Positions 44,686 to 56,500 of a DNA stretch of 64,000 nt are shown here, piece by piece. Each line of letters starts with the position of its first letter. Positions within the stretch are counted from its first letter, which is position 1. Location of the stretch: positions 1 to 64,000 of the forward strand of contig NIVC01001968.1 in the NCBI GenBank assembly GCA_002269645.1, given 5' to 3'. The notes below the pieces were generated by a model. The model made no database searches. It was not told the origin of the DNA and worked only from the letters and a program-made list of their open reading frames with translations. The position numbers and the translations under genes were made by a program. Source of the DNA: Macrostomum lignano. Its lineage: Eukaryota.

Positions 44686-45030
44686 TGTGGAAACCAAGTA
44701 ACCTATGTACACAAATGATATGTCTGCTCACAGTGACAGTGACACCAGGCACCAGGAAGGTGTCAATGCATTCGGCAACAAAAGTTAGGCATACAAAAAT
44801 TGGACCTGGGATAGAAGAGAACAAGTAAGGGGATAATAAGGGACACAACGTTATGAGCTTAAGTTAACATAATAGTCCCTAATTATCCTCTTGCTTTTTC
44901 TCTCCTATCCCACGTCCAATTTTTGGTAACTTTTGTTGCTAAATGCAGCTTCCTGGTGAGTCGTGGTGACTGGTGACACTGTGAGCAGAATGACGTATTA
45001 TTTGAGTATATAGGTTATTCGGGCTTCACT
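44686..45030. mobile_element. Foldback (long imperfect palindrome) MITE-like element
   Basis: The arms pair end to end (e.g. TCTGCTCACAGTG/CACTGTGAGCAGA, AAAAATTGGAC/GTCCAATTTTT, GGGATAG/CTATCCC); TAA flanks both sides. Confidence 0.7.
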
Positions 45031-45499
45031 TAATGGTAATGAGCTAAAGTTGACAGGCCCTTTATAAAAGTTATATTTTCATCTAAAGATACTACGATAG
45101 CGCGTTGCGCCAGATAGAGAAATATTTCACAAAAATCACAATTAAGCTGTAGTAGTGTAGTTGACTTGTATTCATCCCCATTTCCTGGAATTCTCAGTTC
45201 GAAAGCAACCTTTTTTAAACCGAAAAAACCACAGACAAGTATAAAGTCCAAACAAGGAAAAATAGTCTGGTTATTAAATATAAACTTAGTGCTTGTCTGG
45301 GCTTTTCTCTATAAACAACTTTCATACTTTTGTTTAAACTTTAGTAAAAAGTATTCGCAATAAAGTTTCACAAATCGTAACAAATCCGACAGTTATGAAT
45401 GATTAAATCTATTGGTCTATATGTGAGTTATTGGTAAGCTATAACATCGACATTTTACCCGCTTTTCGGTGTTCATTTGCATTTTAGAAACATTCCTTG

Positions 45500-45684
45500 C
45501 AGTGGCGCAACCAGGGTGGGGGCGGGGAGGCGGTCGCCCCCCCCCCCTTAGGCGGAGACCCAAAAAAAATCAAAGGGGGGACCAAGCGAAATTTTCGCCA
45601 AAAACAGAACCACCCCTCCGCCCCCCTCCCGGGGTTTTACCCTCCAGAATCCCCCCCCTCAAAAAATTTCTGGTTGCGCTACTG
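45500..45684. mobile_element. 185-bp hAT-superfamily MITE
   Basis: 15-bp TIRs CAGTGGCGCAACCAG / CTGGTTGCGCTACTG (one mismatch) and a perfect 8-bp TSD ATTCCTTG (45492-45499, 45685-45692). Confidence 0.92.
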
Positions 45685-47263
45685 ATTCCTTGAACTACAC
45701 GTACTCGAAAAATATAATTACGGCCGCGTGCTCCGTTACTCTTGGTAGTTTTTATTCCGCTTCCGAATCTGATACTCGATGCATAACTGTGGTCATTTTA
45801 TGTTGCCCAAAAGAAAGTTTCGTGTAATTTAATTGTTGTTTTTTAGTATTTTCTCGTTTCGTGCTTGAATTTCAAAAAACAAAAGTCAAATAAATTTAAC
45901 AGCATGCTAGTGCAAGCTAAGAAGTTCTTTTACAAGCACTTGAGTTTTTTTTTAGGATGGATATATTTCTACTCGGGACGTGTCTTCATTCCAGGAGTTA
46001 CGAGTTATAAAGCTACGAAAGTTCGCGTAAAAAAATTAACGATGGATTTTATCCTTTTCACTTTTGAAGATCGTAGCTAGCTAAATCCTATACCCTAGTT
46101 TTACTACTAACCTTACTACTACAAGTAGTGCATACACGGCATCTTAGTTTAGCAAAAATATTTTTGTAGGCACGTTAACACACAACAATTAAACATTTAT
46201 CGCTCTTAATTTTCGGTATATACAGCTTTCAATGTAATTTTATGCTTTATGCTTTATGGTAAAAATATATAGCAAACAATATTGATACATACAAAAATAC
46301 GCTCGTATATTCAATATATGCCCTATTTGCACGTAAATGTACGTGACGCAATCCGAAAACATTTCTCTGTAAATCTCCTTTAAATCACTGTTTCGAATTA
46401 TTGAATCAGCTCTCGGCTCAGCTCATACCGTCAATTCGCGGCTAAAAGCAAAGCAAACTCATTGCCTTGCTGATGTGCTTGAACTGCAGAACTGCATGAC
46501 CTTTTACTACTTTTAAGCTAGCTCGCGAAACCTCAAGCTAGCCGCAGCAGCAGGAAATCAGGCAGACACGCGATTTTGCTTGACTAAATGTGACTCAAAT
46601 GGCGCAGACACCTTTTGATGCCGCTCATGCCTCACACTATCAAATATACATAGGTATTCTCATCTGAGTACTCACGTCTGTATTGGGGAAAACAATGCGT
46701 TGCTAGGTGTCTAAAACGATAGATTTGCTACATTTCTAGATCCTATTGCTGAAGTTAGTAAATATTAGTCTCAAATCTAGGGCCAGGTGCTTAAAGCTTT
46801 CTTGTGGAGCACTTATTCGCGCTGCGAGTCTTGTCACTTTTTATCGATTAAGAGTCCAAAAAGTAAGCATTCATCTGGGAACATTGTATTTACATGCCAA
46901 AGAAATAGTGCTGTATAGGCTTCGCATGCTATCCAAGCAACATGGATCGAGTTTGTGTGCAGTGAGTGTATTGTGCGTTCTTCGTTATCGTTACTGACGC
47001 CGCCGCTGTGTGTGTTCAGTCTAATTTCGTCCTTAAACTATCGCTCATTTATTATTTCTCCCTTCTTCTTGCGGCCGCGACCCTAAGTTAAACTGGCTTC
47101 TCGCTTTACACTTTGGAAATAGAGAGAGAGAGACAGAGAGCCTTATATGTGAGTGGGCGCGCTGCCCTGTGTAAGAAACAGGCGGCGCGGCTTTACTATA
47201 TGGAGTGGGGGGGGGGCAGCCAGCCACAGCCCGCAGTGAGTGGGTAAAGGCAAGGAAGGCCAG

Positions 47264-47299
47264 CGGCGGCGGTGGCGGCGGCGGCGGCTAAGATCAAAG
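47264..47299 (-). promoter_or_regulatory. Candidate bipartite TCF/LEF element (HMG site + Helper sites) upstream of Axin
   Basis: The - strand reads CTTTGATCT-TA-GCCGCCGCCGCCGCCA: an HMG consensus followed by GCCGCCR Helper motifs. Confidence 0.45.
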
Positions 47300-47517
47300 A
47301 GCTTTTGCTTCACCCCTCCCAGCACGCAACCTCAACTCCAGAAAAGGCCCGGCCGTGCCGGGGGGGTGACTTGTGATCTTGGATTGGGACCGCCCCCTGC
47401 GCCAGCCACAAGCAACTCGCTGTGTCAGAATTATTCTCTTTCAAGCCTGCCTGCCCCCCGTTCAAACCGGGGTATATAACTCGCTAAAGTGAATGCTTAT
47501 TACACATCTCGGCCTAG

Positions 47518-47754
47518 CCAATGGGACTGGCCAATCCAGCCAATCGGTGATGAGCCACCCCTCTACCCCTCCCAAACATGGGGGACAAGCGCACACTCAC
47601 GTCAAAACCCACCACCCCATTTCCCTCCAGGCGCACGCAATACTCGGGCACACTTGCACGCAAAGCGGAGGGTGGTGGGGAGAGAGAGTGGGGAATGGTG
47701 GCCGCCCAAGGGGGTTGGCCCGACCTTAAAGAGCTAAAAAGCCGTATATATAAA
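47518..47754 (+). promoter_or_regulatory. Candidate Axin core promoter: three GCCAAT boxes and a TATA element
   Basis: CCAAT at 47518, 47531 and 47540; TATATATAAA at 47745-47754, about 480 bp before the first coding donor. Confidence 0.4.
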
Positions 47755-48235
47755 TTTTTTAACTTCGCGTCGCTACCACAACGATACGAACCGCAAATCA
47801 GAGTTGCTATAGGCCTGCGATTTTTATAAAAGCAGACTATTTCTGCGACTTTTTTCTGTTTCTCCAAATATATTTGCCTTTTTGTTTCACCACTTTCAAC
47901 GCTCCAAAACCAAACCGATTCGAGCGCGACTTTCTGTTTTTTTGCCGGCAAGTGGTGCGCTTCCGTTTTGTTTGGAGAATGGTCGTATTATTGTAGGAGA
48001 AGAAAACTCGCCAGCAATTAATTGTAAAGCAATTCTTCTCTTCGACCGTACGCAGTTCGATAAAAAAATTCTGACACTAATTTCGGCATTGACTGCTTAG
48101 TGCAGTCCTGTACTCCTGTCCTGAGTCCAGACCAACACCAGAGATACTGTTGTTGCTTGAATCCCAGAGGATCAGACTTTCAAACCATTTCTAGATTGGC
48201 GTCTGCATCTGCATTTACTTGAATTCGAGTAGAAA

Positions 48236-48238
48236 ATG
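48236..48238 (+). CDS. Axin: Axin predicted exon 1, coding part (ATG only, at the end of a 5' UTR exon)
   Basis: AAAATG|GTAAGT strong donor; a phase-0 join to the acceptor at 52846 gives MTATELCCQQQ in frame. Confidence 0.5.
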
Positions 48239-51200
48239 GTAAGTTTGTACTTTTATTATTTTTAGTTTATAAATGTCTATAGCACAGTCTTCAATTCATT
48301 TTTATTAATTTACGATAACACAACATTATTCTAACTGGACTCATTTTATTAGCTAATCACATAGGTTGACCCTTGACCGTTAGGTGTTGGTAAAGTAATA
48401 ATTGATATCGCTGGTAGGACTGAAGCTTTCATATTGTATGCAAATGTACATTGTACACTGATCCTTACTAAGGTAGCCCAGCCCAGATGTACATGCTTGG
48501 AATGATGACCGTCTCACATCTGCATATCTCAAAGTTGAGTTAGGCTGCAGCCCCATAAACTTCAAAGCTCTTACAATGCACGAGTTTGACCCCTGAGCCG
48601 AGGCACACAACTCAGCGCCATCATTCTCTCTAGGCCTAATATGGATATGGACTTGTCATTAATCCCTTAGTCAGTGGGTGGGAAAATTAATAAGAAGCGG
48701 CTCTTATTGTGCCCTGTCCGACCTTCTCAGGCCTCCTGTGTATGCCATTACTACTACAAATCTACAATACTAGCTCTTATTATTCTTCTATAGTATAGGC
48801 CTAGGCATTGGTTGTGCAGGCAGCTGTGGGGTCTGTGGGCGCGCACGAATGCACAGCACTATAAGCCTGGCTTGATTGACAGCTGATAAGGAAACACTCT
48901 GTTTGAAGCGGGTTGGGGGAGAATATAAAGGGCCGACAGAACAGAAGACTGGTCTGCCAGGTCTGGCTGTCCCACCTCCCCTTTTATCTGTTATCTTTTT
49001 TCAGAGACTTAATAAGTGCCAGTTTGAGTGGTTTGATTGCTTTGATATAGTAGCATGTGCCTATAGTGCAAATTAAAGCTAAGCTTCAAGCTCTGTTCCT
49101 GGGATATTCAAATAGCTTTCTAGACGTTCAGCTGTAGGCTATGCATGCTGCGTAGAAATTGTATGGTAAGGTAAGCAATTCCCAGGAGATGTTAGCGCGT
49201 GTATCTATCTGGTCTGGCCTACCTGTTAATGTACCAATCTAAGAAGCAATGGCGCCGCTTTCTCTGAATATCGAATCCCTGCGAATTTCCCCAAAAATAA
49301 TAATAAATTGTCTATAATAGTCTAGATTCCGGCCTCCATTTCTGCAGCACGAACAGGGAAGTTGCCCGCGATGTGCGCAATTGAAATTTTCGAAACTTCA
49401 TTCAGCCGGTTGAATTATAAAACTTCGTGCACCGAGCTTAGTAGTAGACAAAGACGTAGATTATAGGAGTTGAAGAGATGGCACTGGTTATAGACGCTGC
49501 CGCCGTGGCGCCCGTCTGTCTGCCTGTCCGTGTGCCGGCTGCTTTTACTTCGCATTATTATTCAGCAGAATTGCGAATTAAAGTCTGAAAGTCATTAAAC
49601 GTGCTTCTAAATTCGAAGGCCTAAAAGTTTTTAAAAGCCGCATGCTGTAGGGGCAGCCACAAGCGTATAGTTGTGAAAACGTTACAGTTACCAGCGCCAT
49701 TTAAAGCCTGCCGCTGGAAGTAAAAGTCGTAAAACCGAAATCAAATTGTCCCTTCTTTATAAATTGTCTTTAATAGTGTTTTGCACTGACACTAACCTGA
49801 CCCGCGCCCACTGGTTTAAGACTAAAATGGTTGGAGAGCTTTTCCCCTGTTTTATTGCCCCTCCCTCCAGCCAACCGAAATCGAAGCCAAAGCCATTCCA
49901 CTCGGTGTTAAAATATTATGCCTACTGTACTCGTGCGATAAGCTTATAAAAGCGCTTAAAATTGTTGGTAAAGTTGAAATGTCTTCCTCACTGAGTTTTA
50001 GGACCCAACCCGCCCGCTCACCCCCAACTCTCTCGCCAACCCACCCACTACAACTTTTGGCGCCCTGGCGAAAAGCTGTTAAGACGAGCGAAGGGTCCAA
50101 GGCTGTTGTTAAAATCGTGTTGATGGCCCCCCCGACCCTCCGACTTGTTTTAAAGCTTCTCTCGCGGCGCTGCTTGACAAACTTACGCAAGATTGCTTGT
50201 GCCAGCCTGATACTTAAACCCAACCAAAACAGTTCCCCTAGGCCGGGGGGGGGGCGCAAAACAGTACAGCCACTTAATGACTTTATAGCCTCCTGCGCGC
50301 GCGATGGCTTATAACAGCAGTCAGTAAACTTTTATACGACCCCACCCGGGTCTCGCTCAATTTTATGCCGGCTAAGTTGTCCAACCAAACTGAACCAACC
50401 CCCCTTCCTCCACTTTATTGTTATTGTTTTCGCTATTATTGCCTCCTACAGTACTATACCTACCTAACATTAGTCCAAGTCGCAGCGTTTAAATTTTTAA
50501 GTATTGGTTTTATTATTGAAAATTCTGCTGCTAATTTTGGCCTGAATTTGGAAACTGCTGTTGTTAAGAAGAGAGATATTGTAAAACTTTATCTAAACTT
50601 GGCTGAAATTCTGGCGGGAAGTTGCCTGTCGAGTTTCGAGTAACTAATTCTCTATGATCTTGAATGTTGATTTCTTTGATTTTCTGGCTAACTGTTTTTT
50701 CCAGAAAGTGGACATAGCATAGCAAGCCCAGCAGGCTGCCTGGCCCTTATATACGAGCGTACGGGCGAGCTGTTTGCGCATCCCGAATGGAATCAATAAA
50801 GGGGCCATAACAATCCAATACAATAATGCCTAATGAAGCCTAAGCGAAGCGGCCTCAGTTATAAGAAAAACCTATAAAACTTATTGCTCCCCGCAGCACT
50901 CATCGTATTTTATGACCGCATTATAGCCATATAAGCCAAATAATAGACATACTTGGAATTAAAAGGCCGTGCATGCATACGGAGAGGCAAGGGAAATCTC
51001 GCGTTATTATATTTTACAAGATTTATATAGTTTATTGCCCCCCTTCGGCCGATAACTTTTTTTTCCTTTCTCTCTCTCTCTCTCTCTGTCTCTCTCAGTG
51101 CGCATGCCGCAGCAGCAATGGTCAAATCTCTCACAGAAACCCCGTTTTCTACCCGTCTCTAATTCTTTTTACTCTAATTTATATATCCGTCTCATTCCCT

Positions 51201-52219
51201 TAGTTAGCCCGTTGGCCGCCATATTATCAGGGCAGAAGGCGCAAGCTATGCCTTTTTACTAGCTGGCTTGGTTAGCTCTGGCTGTATTAGTCTCTGTTGT
51301 TTTTTTGAAGAGTGGAGCTCTATATTACTTACTTATGCTATATATATATACCGTGTAGTCGGGGCAGCACAGAGGGAATTATCAATATCAGCCGCACAGC
51401 CACCCACTCTGTCTCTCTCTCTCTCTCTCTCTCTCTTGATTGCGAGTGAAGCCGCCGCCACCCTCACCTCTCACTCTATAGAGCCCTAAGTAGTACCTCA
51501 CCTCGCTCTCTCCCCTCCCCTCTCTCTCCTCTCTCTCATCTTCAAAGCCACCGCCGGCTGGCGGCGGTTTTGGGGTGGATCATTTCCGCCTGTCTATTTA
51601 TTTGACCCGCTCGTATATATGCCAGCTTAGAGCTGTTGTGTGTGTGTGTGTGTCTGTGCTCTAGCTGTGCGATCTAGCTTACTACTACCTACCTACTTAC
51701 TTCTTTAGCGTTAGGCCATATATAATACGTACCCCCCTCCCTCCCTCCTGCTGAGCCCCAACTCAACTTCATCTCCATCACTGCCAGCTTCTCTACTCTA
51801 CTCTCCTAGACAGGCCTCAAATACGCACTCACACTCGCTTACCTTAACCTCCTTCTTTGCGATTTTGCCGCCGCTGCCGCTGCCGCAGTCTACGCCTTTG
51901 TTCTCAGAGAAGATTAAGCATTCAGCGTGTATAGAATGGGGGTTGCCTTAATAGAGAGGTAATATATAACTTATACTTTATAGGTTTGCTCAATTCCAGC
52001 TATGGCTTAATAAGTTTCTGAGTAGTTCAGCATCCTCTGTCCCATCAATTATTTATTTAGGCTACCTAATTCTATACTAAACCATAAAGTTGGTCACAGA
52101 ATCGCAGACAGACAGATGCCGACAAAAGCTGAGCATTGTAGTTTCCTGTTGAATGGTGTTAGCTTTAGCTTAAAGTACATAACAAATGTACTTTAAGCTA
52201 TGGGTGCATTAGGACTTTA

Positions 52220-52791
52220 GAGGTTGGGAATCTATTAGTGGGATGGGAGATTCTTGCGGTTGGGAATCAATGGGTGGGATGGGATGGGAGATTCTTGAGG
52301 TTGGGAATCTATGGGTGGGATGGGAGTTCCTTGAGGTTAGGAATCTATGGGTGGGATGGGAGATTTTCGAGGTTAGGAATCTATGGGTGGGATGGGAGAT
52401 TTTCGAGGTTAGGAATCTATGGGTGGGATGGGAGATTTTCGAGGTTAGGAATCTATGGGTGGGATGGGAGATTTTCGAGGTTAGGAATCTATGGGTGGGA
52501 TGGGAGTTTCTTGAGGTTAGGAATCTATGGGTGGGATGGGAGATTTTCGAGGTTGGGAATCTATGGGTGGGATGGGAGTTTCTTGAGGTTAGGAATCTAT
52601 GGGTGGGATGGGAGATTTTCGAGGTTAGGAATCTATGGGTGGGATGGGAGATTCTCGACGCTGGGAATCTCTGGGTGGGATAGGATATTCTTGAGGTTGG
52701 GAATCTCTGGGTGGGATAGGATATTCTTGAGGTTGGGAATCTATAAAAGGGATGGGAGATTCTAGAAATTAGAAATCTATGGGTGGGATGG
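52220..52791. repeat. 36-bp G-rich minisatellite (GGGTGGGATGGGAGATTTTCGAGGTTAGGAATCTAT)n at the 3' end of Axin intron 1
   Basis: About 15 units; ends about 55 nt before the acceptor. Confidence 0.95.
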
Positions 52792-52846
52792 TATTCAATA
52801 ATCCAGCACTCTAAACAATTCCCTTATTCTCTCAATCCTATCCCAG

Positions 52847-53379
52847 ACCGCCACAGAGCTCTGCTGTCAACAGCAGTCTCCGGTGAGTCTCACGACTACA
52901 GGTGACTCAACAGCTTCGCCAGCCATCGGCCAGCAGCAGCAGCAGCAACAACAGCAGCAGCAGCTTCAAGATGCCAGTCAGCAACAGTCCTTGAAGTCCC
53001 AGCAGAAACATCAGCAGCTGTACATGCTAGCCGCAGCAGCAGCAGCCGCAGCAGCTGCTTCAACTTCTGACATCCCAGAAGAGGACGACAGCGCGTCATT
53101 GACAGCAACGGCCGCCGCGGCAACTGCAGGCGCCGACGAGCCCGACTTCGCCTCCAACATTGATGGCGTGTCCTCGGCTCCAGTCGGCGTTGACGTCTGG
53201 CCGGAAGGCCTTCGCAACCTGCTGGAGGACGCTGAAGCTGTGCTCACCTTTCGCAACTACCTAGAGGAGGCTTGCGACCCTGCGGCAGCTAGGGCTTTCG
53301 ATTTCTACTTTGCTGTCAAGGGACTGAAGTCAGGCCAGCTGCAGATGGAGCAGTCAACTGGGGACGCTGGCACTTCCAG
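52847..53379 (+). CDS. Axin: Axin exon 2 (poly-Q/poly-A N-terminus, first half of RGS)
   Basis: TATCCCAG acceptor; WPEGLRNLLEDAEAVLTFRNYLE...FDFYFAVKGLK is the RGS start; phase-2 donor GTGAGC at 53380. Confidence 0.88.
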
Positions 53380-53432
53380 GTGAGCATTCGGGGTGTTTTT
53401 GGATGGATAGGGTGACTGTAACACCGGGAAAC

Positions 53433-54271
53433 TCTATAGAATCGATGGGAGATTCTACAGAATTGATTGGAGTATATTGCAGAATCGATAGAAGATTCTA
53501 CAGAATCGATAGGAGATTCTACAGAATCGATGGGAGATTCTACAGAATTGATTGGAGTATATTGCAGAATCGATAGAAGATTCTACAGAATCGATAGGAG
53601 ATTCTACAAAATCGATAGGAGATTCTACAGAATTGATGGGAGATTCTACAGAATTGATGGGAGATTCTACAGAATCGAAAGGAGATTTTACAGAATCGAT
53701 GGGAGATTCTACAGAATCGATGGGAGATTCTACAGAATCGATGGGAGATTCTACAGAATCGGTGGGAGATTCTACAGAATTGATGGGAGATTCTACAGAA
53801 TCGATCGGAGATTCTACAGAATTGATGGGAGATTCTACAGAATCGATAGGAGATTCTACAGAATCGATAGGAGATTCTACAGAATCGATGGGAGATTCTA
53901 CAGAATCGATGGGAGATTCTACAGAATCGATGGGAGATTCTACAGAATCGATGGGAGATTCTACAGAATCGGTGGGAGATTCTACAGAATTGATGGGAGA
54001 TTCTACAGAATCGATCGGAGATTCTACAGAATTGATGGGAGATTCTACAGAATCGATGAGAGATTCTACAGAATCGATATGAGATTCTACAGAATCGATG
54101 GGAGATTCTACAGAATCGATGGGAGATTCTACAGAATCGATAGGAGATTCTACAGAATCGATGGGAGATTCTACAGAATCGATGGAAGATTCTACAGAAT
54201 CGATAAGAGATTCTACAGAATCGATGGGAGATTCTACAGAATCGATGGGAGATTCTACAGAATCGATGGGA
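53433..54271. repeat. 21-bp minisatellite (GGGAGATTCTACAGAATCGAT)n filling Axin intron 2
   Basis: About 39 units occupying most of 53380-54315. Confidence 0.97.
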
Positions 54272-54315
54272 ATCTAGTCATAAATAATCTATTTTCACCA
54301 AAAACTCCCTGCCAG

Positions 54316-54723
54316 ACGCTGTCCAAAGCTGATTCGCCTCATCGCCAAGCGGTACATCCTGTCCGAGGACTCCGCAGTCCCTGTCATTAGCAGCGCCACT
54401 CGGCAAGCTGTGCAGTCCAGCTTGCGCTCCAGCTCGCCCGCTGACGCCACCATATTCGACTCAGCGCTGGCCGAAGCTGCCAGCTACCTGGCCGACACCG
54501 CCTATCCGGCTTTCCTGCGCTCGGACAGGTGGCTCGGCTGCGCTGATCGCCTACCGACTTTGCACGAGGATCGCGAGCTGCTGCTCAAAGCTCACGGCTT
54601 GCTGCAACAGCAGCAGCAGCAGCAAGGAGGTCCTGTGCTGGTGGGGCTGACCAGAGACAACCTGCTGGCTACGAGGCATCACCGGGGTCGAGGTGGAGGC
54701 TCTGACCGACTGATGCCCGCTGG
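54316..54723 (+). CDS. Axin: Axin exon 3 (second half of RGS)
   Basis: CTGCCAG acceptor; KLIRLIAKRYIL...IFDSALAEAASYLADTAYPAFLRSD then LPTLHEDREL; phase-2 donor GTGAGT at 54724. Confidence 0.9.
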
Positions 54724-55640
54724 GTGAGTATTTTTGTCTCTCCTGATACGTTTAGGGGTCTTTAATATGTCTAACTAGCTTTTTACCCTTTTTGCGACTT
54801 CTACAACAGCGAGAATTTCTATCTTTGGCTTCTGAAGCAGTTCCGAGTTTAGCAATGGAATGGAAGCATCTATTCTGTTGTCCTTTGCTTGGCTGTGGCT
54901 GCTTGCCTCTTTGACCCAAAACCAACCTCGTGGCCACGCATGGTCCAGCCTTCTGGGGCCGCTGCTGGGAGGGCGGAACCCCCCTGCGCACCCAGCTGTG
55001 CTTTCTCAACTGCGCATACGGCTGCTGCGGATTCTCTCTCCCACCCCTTCTAGGCCTGCCGAATTTGGCATTCCTCTCTGCTGCCTCTTCTCTTCCCTTC
55101 TACCAGTCACTTTTTTCTCCTATGTCTTCCCCTGTTTCTCTATCCTATCCCTATACCCAAAGCCCTGCTGCAAAGTGCGCACACTCGGTGACCCCGGCCG
55201 GGCCTCGCACCCAAAATCCGCTGGCTGATCTACTGCTGCTTTATCTCCCTCTTCCCCCAACGCTTAGGCCGCTTGGACTCCGTAATTTGAATTGGGATTC
55301 GGGATTCCGCGCTGGGTAGGAGGGGGTGTACTGTTAGGAAGACAGCTCGGTGCAGTTTGCGATCCAACTTTTTATGATTATTATTGTTGTTGTTTGCAAC
55401 ATTCGAACACAGCCATTCCAAATATGCATGACCTCTTCTATAGTTTTTAGTATCACCCGAGAGTCCTAGCTTCCATAAAAGGGGGAACAAATGCACCGAA
55501 AACGAAGCAGAAAAAAGAGGAAAGGTTGAACGTGTTTAAGTGTAAACTGTAAGCATAACTGATCACCTTGCTGCTTTCGGTTTCCAAGTCTAAAATGGCC
55601 TGTATTGGCTTTTACAGCACAATACTTGAACATCTGGGCA

Positions 55641-56500
55641 GGGAAACTGTTCGGGCCGATTCTTGGAGCTCCAAACACTGTGATATCAGGATCCAGGATG
55701 TAGGGAAACTGTTCGGGCCGAGCCGTGGAGCTCCAGAGACGGTGATATCAGGATCCAGGATGTAGGGAAACTGTTCGGGCCGATTCTTGGAGCTCCAAAC
55801 ACTGTGATATCAGGATCCAGGATGTAGGGAAACTGTTCAGGCCGAGCCGTGGAGCTCCAGACACGGTGATATCAGGATCCAGGATGTAGGGAAACTGTTC
55901 AGGCCGAGCCGTGGAGGCTCCAGACACTGTGATATCAGGATCCAGGATGTAGGGAAACTGTTCAGGCCGAGCCGTGGAGCTCCAGACACTGTGATATCAG
56001 GATCCAGGATGTAGGGAAACTGTTCAGGCCGAGCCGTGGAGCTCCAGACACTGTGATATCAGGATCCAGGATGTAGGGAAACTGTTCAGGCCGAGCCGTG
56101 GAGCTCCAGACACTGTGATGTCAGGGTCCAGGATGAGCCGTGGAGCTCCAGACACTGTGATATCAGGATCCAGGATGTAGGGAAACTGTTCAGGCCGATT
56201 CTTGGAGCTCCAGACACTGTGATATCAGGATCCAGGATCTAGGGAAACTGTTCAGGCCGATTCTTGGAGCTCCAGAGACGGTGATATCAGGATTCAGGAT
56301 GTAGGGAAACTGTTCAGGCCGAGCCGTGGAGCTCCAACCTCCAGACACTGTGATATCAGGATCCAGGATGTAGGGAAACTGTTCAGGCCGATTCTTGAAG
56401 CTCCAGAGACGGTGATATCAGGATCCAGGATGTAGGGAAACTGTTCAGGCCGATTCTTGGAGCTCCAGACACTGTGATATCAGGATCCAGGATGTAGGGA
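55641..56500. repeat. 62-bp minisatellite in Axin intron 3, about 14 copies
   Basis: Unit GGGAAACTGTTCAGGCCGAGCCGTGGAGCTCCAGACACTGTGATATCAGGATCCAGGATGTA, with alternating subtypes. Confidence 0.96.

Noticed and set aside
52238-54390. ORFs of 146-307 aa (GIYGWDGRFSRL, RFYRIDG, GDSTES repeats)
   Set aside because: They lie in Axin introns bounded by canonical, phase-compatible splice sites.
55641-56500. CRISPR-like array or vector polylinker contamination
   Set aside because: There are no unique spacers and no cas genes, the context is a eukaryotic intron, and the units show natural point variation.
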